Assembly (NCBI GenBank): GCA_965237905.1
Contig: OZ250172.1
Span: 1,472,001 to 1,536,000 of the forward strand
Direction: 5' to 3'
Length of the DNA: 64,000 bases
Source: Nitrospinaceae bacterium
Lineage (GTDB): Bacteria > Nitrospinota > Nitrospinia > Nitrospinales > Nitrospinaceae
Made by a program: the position numbers and the translations under genes. Under the pieces are notes generated by a model. It was not told the DNA's origin. It was given only the letters and a program-made list of their open reading frames with translations, and did not search any database. Below, in pieces: positions 28,592 through 37,252 of the stretch; within the stretch, counting starts at the first letter, position 1, and each line of letters begins with the position of its first letter.

Positions 28592-30434
28592 CACTCTGGC
28601 TCCAGGTCCCAACCCACGGTTCAGTGAGCAATGGAAGAATCTCTTGATATTGGTGCTTCTTGGCAGCGCTGGGTTTTTCATGGCATCCATCAGCTGGCTC
28701 AAATGGCCGGATCTGCTGATCGATTACGGGGAGCAAGTATACATTCCCTGGCGCCTATCGGAGGGCCAGGTCCTCTACAAGGATATTGTTTACATGTACG
28801 GGCCGCTATCGCCTTACATTCACGCTCTTTTATTTAAAATGCTTGGCCCAGGGATTGATGTTCTCATAGGATTCAATTTATTGATCGTTGCCGGGCTCAC
28901 GGGTCTCATCTATTTTCTGTTTAAAAAGCTATCCAACCCCTTAACCGCATTTCTCTGTTCTTTCGTTTTCATAACCCTTTTCGCTTTCGGCCAATACCAG
29001 GGGGGAGGAAATTTTAATTTTATTAGTCCTTATGCTTACTCCCTTCCTCATGGAGTGGCACTGAGTTTTTTGGCCCTTTTTCTGTTTCTTGGATTTTTAA
29101 ATAATCCATTCCCGAAATATCTGATCTTTACCGGCGGTGTTATGGGATTAGTTTATTTGACCAAGATGGAGGTGTTTTATGCTTTGGCGTTTTCTCTCTT
29201 CTCGGGATTGTTAGGTTCATGGTATCAGCGTCGACCCAAAAAACTGGAAGCTACCCGGGAGGTACTTTTTGTACTGGCAGGATTTTCGATTCCCATCCTT
29301 TTTTTCTATGCCTATTTTTTGATACAGATGCCGTTAAAAGAAACACTGCAAATTATACCGAATCCGTTTTCATTTCTGAATAATGTCGCTTCATTAAAAT
29401 CCCTTCAACTCAATCAATGGATTTTAGGATTGGACCAGCCCATGTTCAACCTTCTCAAACTTTTACAGTATTTCTTTGTGCTGGTTTCAGTCCTGGGTCT
29501 TATCATAGGGGCTGGTTTGCTGTTGTCGGGTCCCTTGCGACACCTCAAATCGCTTCCCCTGTTTTTTCTGATTTCCCTGGCAGGGGCGATGTTCGTTGTA
29601 TTCAATGAAATCCCATGGCTATCTCTAGGCCGGCCTCTTCCTTTGCTTTCCCTTTTGATCACCGGATATTACGCCTATCGCTTGTTTCGGGCAACGAATG
29701 AAAACCAACACTCAAACAACGATTTATTCCTGATGGTCTTTTCTGTATTTTGCACCCTCCTTTTGCTGAAAATAGTTTTGAATGCGCATGTCTTTCACTA
29801 CGGCTTTGCGCTTGCCTTACCCGCCACTCTCCTGGTGATTCATACGCTTTTGTTTGTTGTTCCAGAATATTTAAAAACCCTTAAAATTTTACCGGGTTTT
29901 TACCAACGAGCCGTACTTGTGTTGGTCCTTTTTTTTGTGGGCGGACATTTACAGGTTGAACATCAGGTTTATCAATTCAAAACTCTTCCGGTATCTCAGG
30001 GGCGGGACCTTCTTCTGGACTACGATCCGAGCTTGGAACAAAGGGGGGTTATCGTGAATCAAACTTTGGATTACCTGGACCGGAAACTCGAACCGGGAAT
30101 TCAAATTCCGACCGTTCCCTATGGAAGCATGATCAATTATTTGTCACGTCATCCCCATCCACTTCCCATTCTTAATTTCAATCCCTATACCGTGGCCCTG
30201 GTGGGAGAGCAGGGCTATCTTCAGTCCCTCCGAAATGCGTCCAGCCCATATATCCTGCTTGTAGATATAGATTCTTCTATTTTGGGAGTTCGGTATTTCG
30301 GGCGGGACTACGCCCCTAATGTTTACCAATGGATTATTCAGAATTATAAATTAGAGAAGCAATTTGGAGCCGAACCCTTTTCCGGCCAGGGGTTTGGCAT
30401 TCAATTATTAAGAAAAAAAGCCTCCGCTGAATAA
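28584..30434 (+). CDS. GT-C glycosyltransferase, paralog 3 of 3
   Basis: DLLIDYGEQVYIPWRLSEGQVLYKDIVYMYGPL, LTKME, HYGFALALP, GFGIQLL. Confidence 0.72.
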   Translation: MPDTLAPGPNPRFSEQWKNLLILVLLGSAGFFMASISWLKWPDLLIDYGEQVYIPWRLSEGQVLYKDIVYMYGPLSPYIHALLFKMLGPGIDVLIGFNLLIVAGLTGLIYFLFKKLSNPLTAFLCSFVFITLFAFGQYQGGGNFNFISPYAYSLPHGVALSFLALFLFLGFLNNPFPKYLIFTGGVMGLVYLTKMEVFYALAFSLFSGLLGSWYQRRPKKLEATREVLFVLAGFSIPILFFYAYFLIQMPLKETLQIIPNPFSFLNNVASLKSLQLNQWILGLDQPMFNLLKLLQYFFVLVSVLGLIIGAGLLLSGPLRHLKSLPLFFLISLAGAMFVVFNEIPWLSLGRPLPLLSLLITGYYAYRLFRATNENQHSNNDLFLMVFSVFCTLLLLKIVLNAHVFHYGFALALPATLLVIHTLLFVVPEYLKTLKILPGFYQRAVLVLVLFFVGGHLQVEHQVYQFKTLPVSQGRDLLLDYDPSLEQRGVIVNQTLDYLDRKLEPGIQIPTVPYGSMINYLSRHPHPLPILNFNPYTVALVGEQGYLQSLRNASSPYILLVDIDSSILGVRYFGRDYAPNVYQWIIQNYKLEKQFGAEPFSGQGFGIQLLRKKASAE

Positions 30435-30523
30435 TGAACTCCGCCACTTCAAATTCATCCGTACAAATTGAAAACCGCCGCTCCAGCCCGGCCCTGGCTC
30501 AATATTTTCGCGGTGTTTGAAAT

Positions 30524-31300
30524 TCACGGCCTTGCGACCGGCGAGCCAGCCGATTCCTGATATTTTTCGCTGATAAGGGCCCGGCTTTTTTCCGCAAGGA
30601 CCTGGCGGTCGGTTTCCCCCGTGACTTGAGGCAAAACCCATACTTTGACATTTAAGCGGGGATGCATTAACAAACGCTTTATATTTGCCATAAATGATAT
30701 TCCAATGGGCCAGCGGGCCACCGAAGGTTCTCCGCCATCATAATAACGGATCGTGACAGGGATAACGGAACTTCCTGCCCGCACCACCGCTTCGAATGCG
30801 GACGATTTAAAGCGTCCCACCTGATGCCCCGACGTGGCGCCCCCTTCCGGAAACACGACCACGAAATGCCCCGACCGCAATCGATCGGTAATGGCCTGGA
30901 CCATGGCCGCCAACTCCCTTCGCCGGGTTCGGTCAATATAAATTGTATTCGCGATTCGGGTCAGGTATCCGACCAAGGGCCATGCCCGCACATCACTTTT
31001 GGAAACAAAAGACATCTTGAAGCACGCCGCCATCACAAAAATATCCACCGAGCCGACATGATTGGAAACAATCAGCGCTCCGTGGCCAAGCCGTTCGGTC
31101 GAACCCACCTGGTGAATGCGAATGTTCATCATCCGGCAACACAATTTGCCCCACACCTGCATGACACGGGCCACCATCGTATAGCGGGCATCCTGGAAAG
31201 GGCTCAACACAATCACCGTCACCAAGCCCACCAAACCCAATACGAGCTGAATCAGCACCAGACCGGTCAGTCTGTAAACCAAACGAAAATAACCCTTCAT
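30524..31300 (-). CDS. Lysophospholipid acyltransferase (PlsC family)
   Basis: NHVGSVD (HX4D), FVSK, FPEG. Confidence 0.92.
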   Translation of the reverse strand: MKGYFRLVYRLTGLVLIQLVLGLVGLVTVIVLSPFQDARYTMVARVMQVWGKLCCRMMNIRIHQVGSTERLGHGALIVSNHVGSVDIFVMAACFKMSFVSKSDVRAWPLVGYLTRIANTIYIDRTRRRELAAMVQAITDRLRSGHFVVVFPEGGATSGHQVGRFKSSAFEAVVRAGSSVIPVTIRYYDGGEPSVARWPIGISFMANIKRLLMHPRLNVKVWVLPQVTGETDRQVLAEKSRALISEKYQESAGSPVARP

Positions 31301-31312
31301 CTCTCGCTTTCC

Positions 31313-32113
31313 TTAAAAATGTTCTGGGTTTTTCTTTTTGAATCCCGTCATGTCCGACCCAACTACCTGCCAGAACTCCTTCCAATAAGATTGTAGCATC
31401 CCAGACAAAGGGATTCCCTTTGTACTCTCAACCCCCAAAACTCCCAGCATGACCTGCGCCACGTGAGACCAAGCGTGGTGCGCGCACAACCACCCATAGT
31501 GGATTTCGTCGAAGCCCAGATAACGATCCATATCAGGAATCAAATGGCCCTGCCCCGAAGCAGACTCCTTTAAAAACTGATTCACCTCAATGATTCCCGC
31601 AACAGCTTCATCATAGGAAACTCGTGAAAAAGGAAACAATAGCGAACGAAGAATATAAAACCAGATCGGGTGGACTTTCTTTTCAAAAGCAACCGGTAGC
31701 GTGGTATAAAAAACCTTCGCATTCATCGATTGCAGTCTGGCGAATACCTGCTGAATAGTCTCGATCACCTTCTCGGCCGACACACCATACATAATATCGT
31801 TGCCAATGTCCGTAACCAAAGCCACCACCTGATAGCCAGATTCCGATTTGTTGTGTGCCACCTCGAGAATATCACTGGAATGAATCGGAGGGTAGACCAC
31901 ATTCAATAATCCTCCAGAAGCGTGATACGCCCGTCCGGGACCGGAGGCAATCAACACATCCACCTTCCGGGGATGCAGACAGGCCTTCATGTGTCTGGCA
32001 AAAGCGAAGCACCCGCGGGATAGATTACTGGCACCCAGAAAAATCAGCAGAACCGGTAATTCCGGATGAAGGGAAGGAACGTTTGCTGACTTCTCATCAA
32101 GGTGAACCATCAT
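31313..32113 (-). CDS. SGNH/GDSL-like hydrolase
   Basis: LGASN, DIGND, DEIH blocks. Confidence 0.6.
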   Translation of the reverse strand: MMVHLDEKSANVPSLHPELPVLLIFLGASNLSRGCFAFARHMKACLHPRKVDVLIASGPGRAYHASGGLLNVVYPPIHSSDILEVAHNKSESGYQVVALVTDIGNDIMYGVSAEKVIETIQQVFARLQSMNAKVFYTTLPVAFEKKVHPIWFYILRSLLFPFSRVSYDEAVAGIIEVNQFLKESASGQGHLIPDMDRYLGFDEIHYGWLCAHHAWSHVAQVMLGVLGVESTKGIPLSGMLQSYWKEFWQVVGSDMTGFKKKNPEHF

Positions 32114-32202
32114 GAACCCTCATGACTAGCGGTCGAATGGAATAACCATCCGCTCAATATACATGGAAATTTTTTGAAAGAGTGAGTTCCCCGCCCGAGG
32201 CC

Positions 32203-33096
32203 TCAAGGGTAGGAGCGGTATTTTTTGGGAAGGTTGGCGAGGTCCGCGCGGCTCTCCAGCCCCTCATGGAGTTTTTCGTAATGGGTGATCAGTCTTTTGA
32301 TTTCCATCGTTTTACGCACATCACTGCCGCCTTGATGGGCGGCACGCTGTAATTGACGAAGGTTTCCCGAGTAAGCTTTATATTTTTTCTTCCACCAGGC
32401 TCCGTTTTTCCCATCCCACAACTCGTCTTCCGGACTGCCAAGGGGCTTCAGAATCAATTCCGAGTTTTCCCGGTCCATTTCCATTCTGAATTCGCCAAGA
32501 AATGTTATCCCCAAAAGGCCATCCATTTTCCCCATATGCGGATTGGTACTGGCCTCCACGTTGAACACTTCTGCTTCGCCTATTTTCAAAGAATCCAAAA
32601 CAAACAACGGAGTTTCCAGCTTGCCGCCAGCGGTAGTCATTTCAATTTTCGGAAGGTTGGAACGAGGATGGATTCCCAAGCGCTTCCCAATGCGGTCGGA
32701 CAAGATGATCATCGTTGCACCGGTATCGACGATTAAATCTGCCTTGACCGTTCCATTGAGGAGCACCTCTACGACATAATGTCCGCCGGAGCCCGACTTG
32801 GCCTTGATCACATGGGTGATCGGCCTGCCTCTCGGCTCCTGCTGCTCCTTCTTCTGACGTCGTGTCTGCACCGGTTTCGAAGATTTGGCCGGTGTACCGT
32901 CTATCGTTTTCAGCTCGCCTTTTTCCCGGTATTGGGGAGGAATTTTGGAAAGGCTGTCGGTAAAATGCGTTTTACCGTTTTCATCTTTCCATTTGAAAAC
33001 GGCGGAGTGGGAGGGGGACGCCAACATCAAAGCCAACAATACACCTAAGGCACAGGAGAACTTAATCCATGGACTCAAAGGATATCGGTTTGACAT
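32203..33096 (-). CDS. Exported clan AA (retropepsin-like) aspartyl protease with N-terminal DUF4124
   Basis: Signal peptide; FKWKDENGKTHFTD; IVDTGAT; GLLGITFL; start overlaps the ftsK end. Confidence 0.85.
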   Translation of the reverse strand: MSNRYPLSPWIKFSCALGVLLALMLASPSHSAVFKWKDENGKTHFTDSLSKIPPQYREKGELKTIDGTPAKSSKPVQTRRQKKEQQEPRGRPITHVIKAKSGSGGHYVVEVLLNGTVKADLIVDTGATMIILSDRIGKRLGIHPRSNLPKIEMTTAGGKLETPLFVLDSLKIGEAEVFNVEASTNPHMGKMDGLLGITFLGEFRMEMDRENSELILKPLGSPEDELWDGKNGAWWKKKYKAYSGNLRQLQRAAHQGGSDVRKTMEIKRLITHYEKLHEGLESRADLANLPKKYRSYP

Positions 33097-35476
33097 AAAC
33101 ATCTCGCGGTTTGATTCCATCTGAAGGCCCAACCACGCCTTCGCGTTCCATAATTTCAACCATGCGCGCCGCCCGGTTGTAGCCGACACGCAGTTTCCTC
33201 TGAATCATCGAAATCGAAGCTTGCCGTTCCCGTGCAACGAGAGCGACGGCTTCATCGTATTTCTCGTCAAACTCGTCTTCGTCCTCTTTCTCACGGGTGG
33301 CCTCAACCACCTGCTCGAACACATCTTTTTCGTATTCCGGCTTTTTCTCCTGATCCTTGATGAACTTTAGAATCCGGTTGATCTCCTCGTCACTCACCAT
33401 CGCCCCGTGGATTCTATGGATCTTGGACGTTCCCGGCGGGAGGAACAGCATGTCACCTTTACCCAACAATTTCTCGGCACCGGAACAGTCCAGAATCGTC
33501 CGGGAATCCACACGCGAGGTAACCTGATAGGAAATCCGCGCCGGAAAATTGGCTTTGATGATGCCCGTCAGCACGTCTACGGACGGCCTCTGGGTCGCCA
33601 CAATCAGGTGAATCCCCGCGGCCCGGGCCATTTGCGCCAGCCGCGTCAACGAGTCTTCTACGCCCTTACAGGCTACCATCATCAAATCCGCCAACTCATC
33701 TATTATTATTACAATGTAAGGGAGTTTGATGGGAATTCCCATCTCTGTTTTTTCGGTAGTGAACTCCTCACTCAATCCGTCTGTAGTTTCGGCTTCCCCT
33801 ATCGGGTCTTTTCTTTTGAATTTCCGGCTTTTAAGTTTTCGTTTCCGGTCGTCCCCCAACTGAAGTTTTTCCACCATCTGGTTGAAACCAGAAATATTAC
33901 GCACGGAATTTTCGGCCATCAACTTGTAGCGCCGTTCCATTTCCGAAACCGCCCATTGCAAAACTCCCGCCGCCTTTTTAGGATTGGTCACCACCGGCGC
34001 AATTAGATGGGGAATGCCGTCGTACATGTTCAGCTCCAGCATTTTGGGATCGATCATGATCATCTTCACCTCTTCCGGAGTCGCGTTGAGGAGCAGACTG
34101 CAGATCATGGTGTTGATGCCGACCGATTTGCCGGAGCCGGTGGAACCCGCCATCAACAAATGCGGCACCTGTGCCAGGTCTTCCGTGACGGGGCGGCCGA
34201 TGTGATCCTTGCCTACCGCCAGGGCCACCTTGGAATGAGTTTCCTGAAACGATTCCGAGCAAATGATTTCCTTGAAAGATACGGTTTCGCGCTTCGGATT
34301 GGGGAGCTCGATGCCTACCACCGACTTGCCAGGGACAGGAGCCAGAATACGGACGCTGGGGGCGCGCATGGCCAACGCCAGGTCATCGGTTAACGACAGG
34401 ATGCGGCTGACTTTGATTCCCGGCGCCGGTTCAAATTCGTACAGGGTGATGACCGGACCCGGCAGGACCTGAACGACCCGCCCTTCCACTCCAAAGTCGG
34501 CCAGTTTCTTTTCCAAAATGGTGGAGTTGAGCATCAGCTCTTCCCGCATCTTCCCCACGTTCCGGATTTTGGAAGGGTCATTCAACAGGGTGACTGGAGG
34601 CACCTGGTAATCACCCGACTCGTTTTCGAAAGGAAATTTTTTCTGAACCGCAAACTCTTCTTTCTTTTCCGGAGCTTTTTCTTTTTTCTTCGTCCTGAGA
34701 AAATCGTCCAGAGTTTTCGGCACAGGGCTCAACAGTTCACGCGAGACAATGACGGGTTCGCTCAACTTCCGGTACTTGCCTTTTTCCTTGCGGGCCGACC
34801 GCCAGATGCGCACCGTCTCCCGTAACCAGTCCTTAAATTCTCCGATGATCTGCACCAGCAAGGTTCCCACGGCGCTGATACTTCGCAATCCCCACCGGAA
34901 CAAAATCACGAAAGCGAGGCCGGTGGTTTGAAACAATTTGTTCGCCGGTACGCCGGACATGGCCAGCGTGGCAACAAATACGGTTAAGATCAACACAAGA
35001 TGAGCGCCGACAACGCTCAACCAGAGAACCAGCCACATGGAAGTATGCGCTCCAACCACGCCTCCCGTTTCAACATCTTTTCCAAAAAAGGGATCGTGGA
35101 CGAATTGCAGAGCTAGCAAAGAACAGAGCGCGACCAGAAAAATCGAACCAAAAAATAACACCAGCGGCCAGCGGCGAAACTCCTGCCCGCGAATCACCGC
35201 CCAGCCCACCAGGATTGCGACAAGCGGAAACACAAACGCCCCGGTACCGAAAATTCGGACGAGGCCGTCGGATAAATAAGAACCTACCAAGCCTCCATAA
35301 TTCTGGATGTCACCGCCCTGCGATGAAAACTGATGGAACGAAGGATCATGAGGCGAATAGGAAATCATTGAAATCAACGCAAAGATGGCAAACCCGGCGG
35401 TTCCGATTCCCAGGAAATCACGGGTCAGAGTATGATCACGGGTCAATGCAGGGTCAGGAGATTTTTTTCTACTCAT
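33062..35476 (-). CDS. ftsK: DNA translocase FtsK
   Basis: 4-TM N-domain; PHLLMAGSTGSGKS, IIDELADLMM, ATQRPSVDV, gamma domain GYNRAAR. Confidence 0.97.
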   Translation of the reverse strand: MSRKKSPDPALTRDHTLTRDFLGIGTAGFAIFALISMISYSPHDPSFHQFSSQGGDIQNYGGLVGSYLSDGLVRIFGTGAFVFPLVAILVGWAVIRGQEFRRWPLVLFFGSIFLVALCSLLALQFVHDPFFGKDVETGGVVGAHTSMWLVLWLSVVGAHLVLILTVFVATLAMSGVPANKLFQTTGLAFVILFRWGLRSISAVGTLLVQIIGEFKDWLRETVRIWRSARKEKGKYRKLSEPVIVSRELLSPVPKTLDDFLRTKKKEKAPEKKEEFAVQKKFPFENESGDYQVPPVTLLNDPSKIRNVGKMREELMLNSTILEKKLADFGVEGRVVQVLPGPVITLYEFEPAPGIKVSRILSLTDDLALAMRAPSVRILAPVPGKSVVGIELPNPKRETVSFKEIICSESFQETHSKVALAVGKDHIGRPVTEDLAQVPHLLMAGSTGSGKSVGINTMICSLLLNATPEEVKMIMIDPKMLELNMYDGIPHLIAPVVTNPKKAAGVLQWAVSEMERRYKLMAENSVRNISGFNQMVEKLQLGDDRKRKLKSRKFKRKDPIGEAETTDGLSEEFTTEKTEMGIPIKLPYIVIIIDELADLMMVACKGVEDSLTRLAQMARAAGIHLIVATQRPSVDVLTGIIKANFPARISYQVTSRVDSRTILDCSGAEKLLGKGDMLFLPPGTSKIHRIHGAMVSDEEINRILKFIKDQEKKPEYEKDVFEQVVEATREKEDEDEFDEKYDEAVALVARERQASISMIQRKLRVGYNRAARMVEIMEREGVVGPSDGIKPRDVYVKPISFESMD

Positions 35477-37134
35477 TATTTTGAACTCACATCTTTCTTG
35501 GGGGTTATCAATCGTTGAACGGTGTCCTGCAGGATCGTGTTCTGCACTTCATGGGCATCGTCCGGCCGGGGATAATCCAGGCTGTAGTGCAGGCCGCGGC
35601 TTTCTTTCCGCTCCAGGGCCCCGTTGATAATCAACTGGGCGGTGAGCGCGATGTTGCGCAACTCCAGTGTATCGCGCGTGATTTTGAAACTCCAGTAATA
35701 CTCTTTAATCTCTTCCAGCAGCATCTCGACCCGGCGACGCGCCCGATATAGCCGTTTGTCGGAACGCACGACGCCGACGTAATTCCACATCAGCCGCCGG
35801 ATTTCGTCCCAGTTGTGGGAAACGACGACAGACTCATCGCTTTCAACTGCATCGCCGCTGTCCCATTCCGGCAGGCGTTCCTGAAGTTCTTCGAGTTTTG
35901 TGGAGGGCTTGTTCAATTCAGCTGCTTTGGCGGCGGCCCGGTGCGACAGCACCAAACCTTCCAACAGGGAATTGCTGGCCAACCGGTTGGCTCCGTGCAA
36001 TCCGGAATAACACACTTCACCTGAAGCGAACAGGCGGGGGATGTTGGTCTGGCCGTTCAAATCCACCATCACTCCGCCACACATGTAATGCGCCGCCGGA
36101 ACAACGGGGATCGGTTGTTCAGTCATATCGAAGCCGAACGATTTGCAGGTCTTGTCAATATTCGGGAAGCGTTCCCGCGTGCGGTACCCCTCCAGGTGTG
36201 TGACATCGAGGTACACGCAGTCGTCGCCGCTTTTTTTCATTTCGTAATCGATCGCTCGGGCCACCACGTCACGCGGCGCCAGGCAACCCAGGGAATGATA
36301 ATTTTCCATGAAAGTGTCACCGTTTTTCAAGCGAAGGACGCCCCCTTCTCCGCGCACCGCTTCCGAAATCAAAAATGATTTCGCCTGCGGATGGTACAGG
36401 CAAGTGGGATGGAACTGAAAAAATTCCATATTGGCGATTTGGGCACCTGCGCGATAAGCCAACGCGATGCCGTCGCCGGTCGCGGTATCGGGATTGGACG
36501 TATACAGGTAAACTTTGCCCGCTCCTCCCGTGGCCAACAAAATGGCTTTGCCGGTAAATGTGATCACCTCGCCGGTTTGTTCGTTCAACGCGTACAGGCC
36601 GAGTGCCTCGTCCCTCTTGTCCCCCGGTTGAATGGCAGGGTCGATATTAGAACGGGTGATGATATCAATCCCCATATGATAGGGGTAGATTTCGATATTC
36701 GGTTTGGTGCGGACGGCTTCGATCAGGGCACGCTCGATTTCCCAGCCGGTGAGATCGTCGGCGTGCAGAATGCGGCGTTTGGAATGGCCCCCTTCTCGTG
36801 TCAGATGAAAGCTGTCCTCCCCTTGGGTGCGGGTAAACCGGGTTCCCAGTTGGATCAATTCCCGAACCCGGGCGGGTCCTTCGCGGACAATACAGCGAAC
36901 CACGTCTTCCTGGCACAGGCCGCGCCCGGCTTCGATGGTATCGCTCACATGGAGGTCGACCGAATCATCCTCTGCCATGACCGATGCGATCCCTCCCTGG
37001 GCGTAGCGGGTGGCAGACTCTTCCACGGCATCCTTGGTAATCAGGGCTACGGAGCCATATTCAGCAATCTTCAGGGCAAAGGTGAGGCCAGCGAGGCCAC
37101 TACCAATAACGATGTAATCCCGAGCGACTTTCAT
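35476..37134 (-). CDS. nadB: L-aspartate oxidase
   Basis: GSGLAGL, AQGGIA, REGGHS, QFHPT, APRDVVAR, GLHGANRLASNSLLE; start set at MKVARD. Confidence 0.96.
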   Translation of the reverse strand: MKVARDYIVIGSGLAGLTFALKIAEYGSVALITKDAVEESATRYAQGGIASVMAEDDSVDLHVSDTIEAGRGLCQEDVVRCIVREGPARVRELIQLGTRFTRTQGEDSFHLTREGGHSKRRILHADDLTGWEIERALIEAVRTKPNIEIYPYHMGIDIITRSNIDPAIQPGDKRDEALGLYALNEQTGEVITFTGKAILLATGGAGKVYLYTSNPDTATGDGIALAYRAGAQIANMEFFQFHPTCLYHPQAKSFLISEAVRGEGGVLRLKNGDTFMENYHSLGCLAPRDVVARAIDYEMKKSGDDCVYLDVTHLEGYRTRERFPNIDKTCKSFGFDMTEQPIPVVPAAHYMCGGVMVDLNGQTNIPRLFASGEVCYSGLHGANRLASNSLLEGLVLSHRAAAKAAELNKPSTKLEELQERLPEWDSGDAVESDESVVVSHNWDEIRRLMWNYVGVVRSDKRLYRARRRVEMLLEEIKEYYWSFKITRDTLELRNIALTAQLIINGALERKESRGLHYSLDYPRPDDAHEVQNTILQDTVQRLITPKKDVSSK

Positions 37135-37141
37135 ACCCGTC

Positions 37142-37170
37142 ATTATATGGATTTAGGCCTTTAAAATCAA
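37142..37170 (-). promoter_or_regulatory. Sigma70 promoter of nadB-ftsK, possibly leaderless
   Basis: TTGATT-17 nt-TATAAT, 7 nt before ATG 37134. Confidence 0.65.
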
Positions 37171-37252
37171 CAAGATATTGATAAATCGGGAGTTATGGAG
37201 AGAATCGGGGCTGCGGAAGGGTCCTGAAAATCACTGAAACCGGGCAATACCT

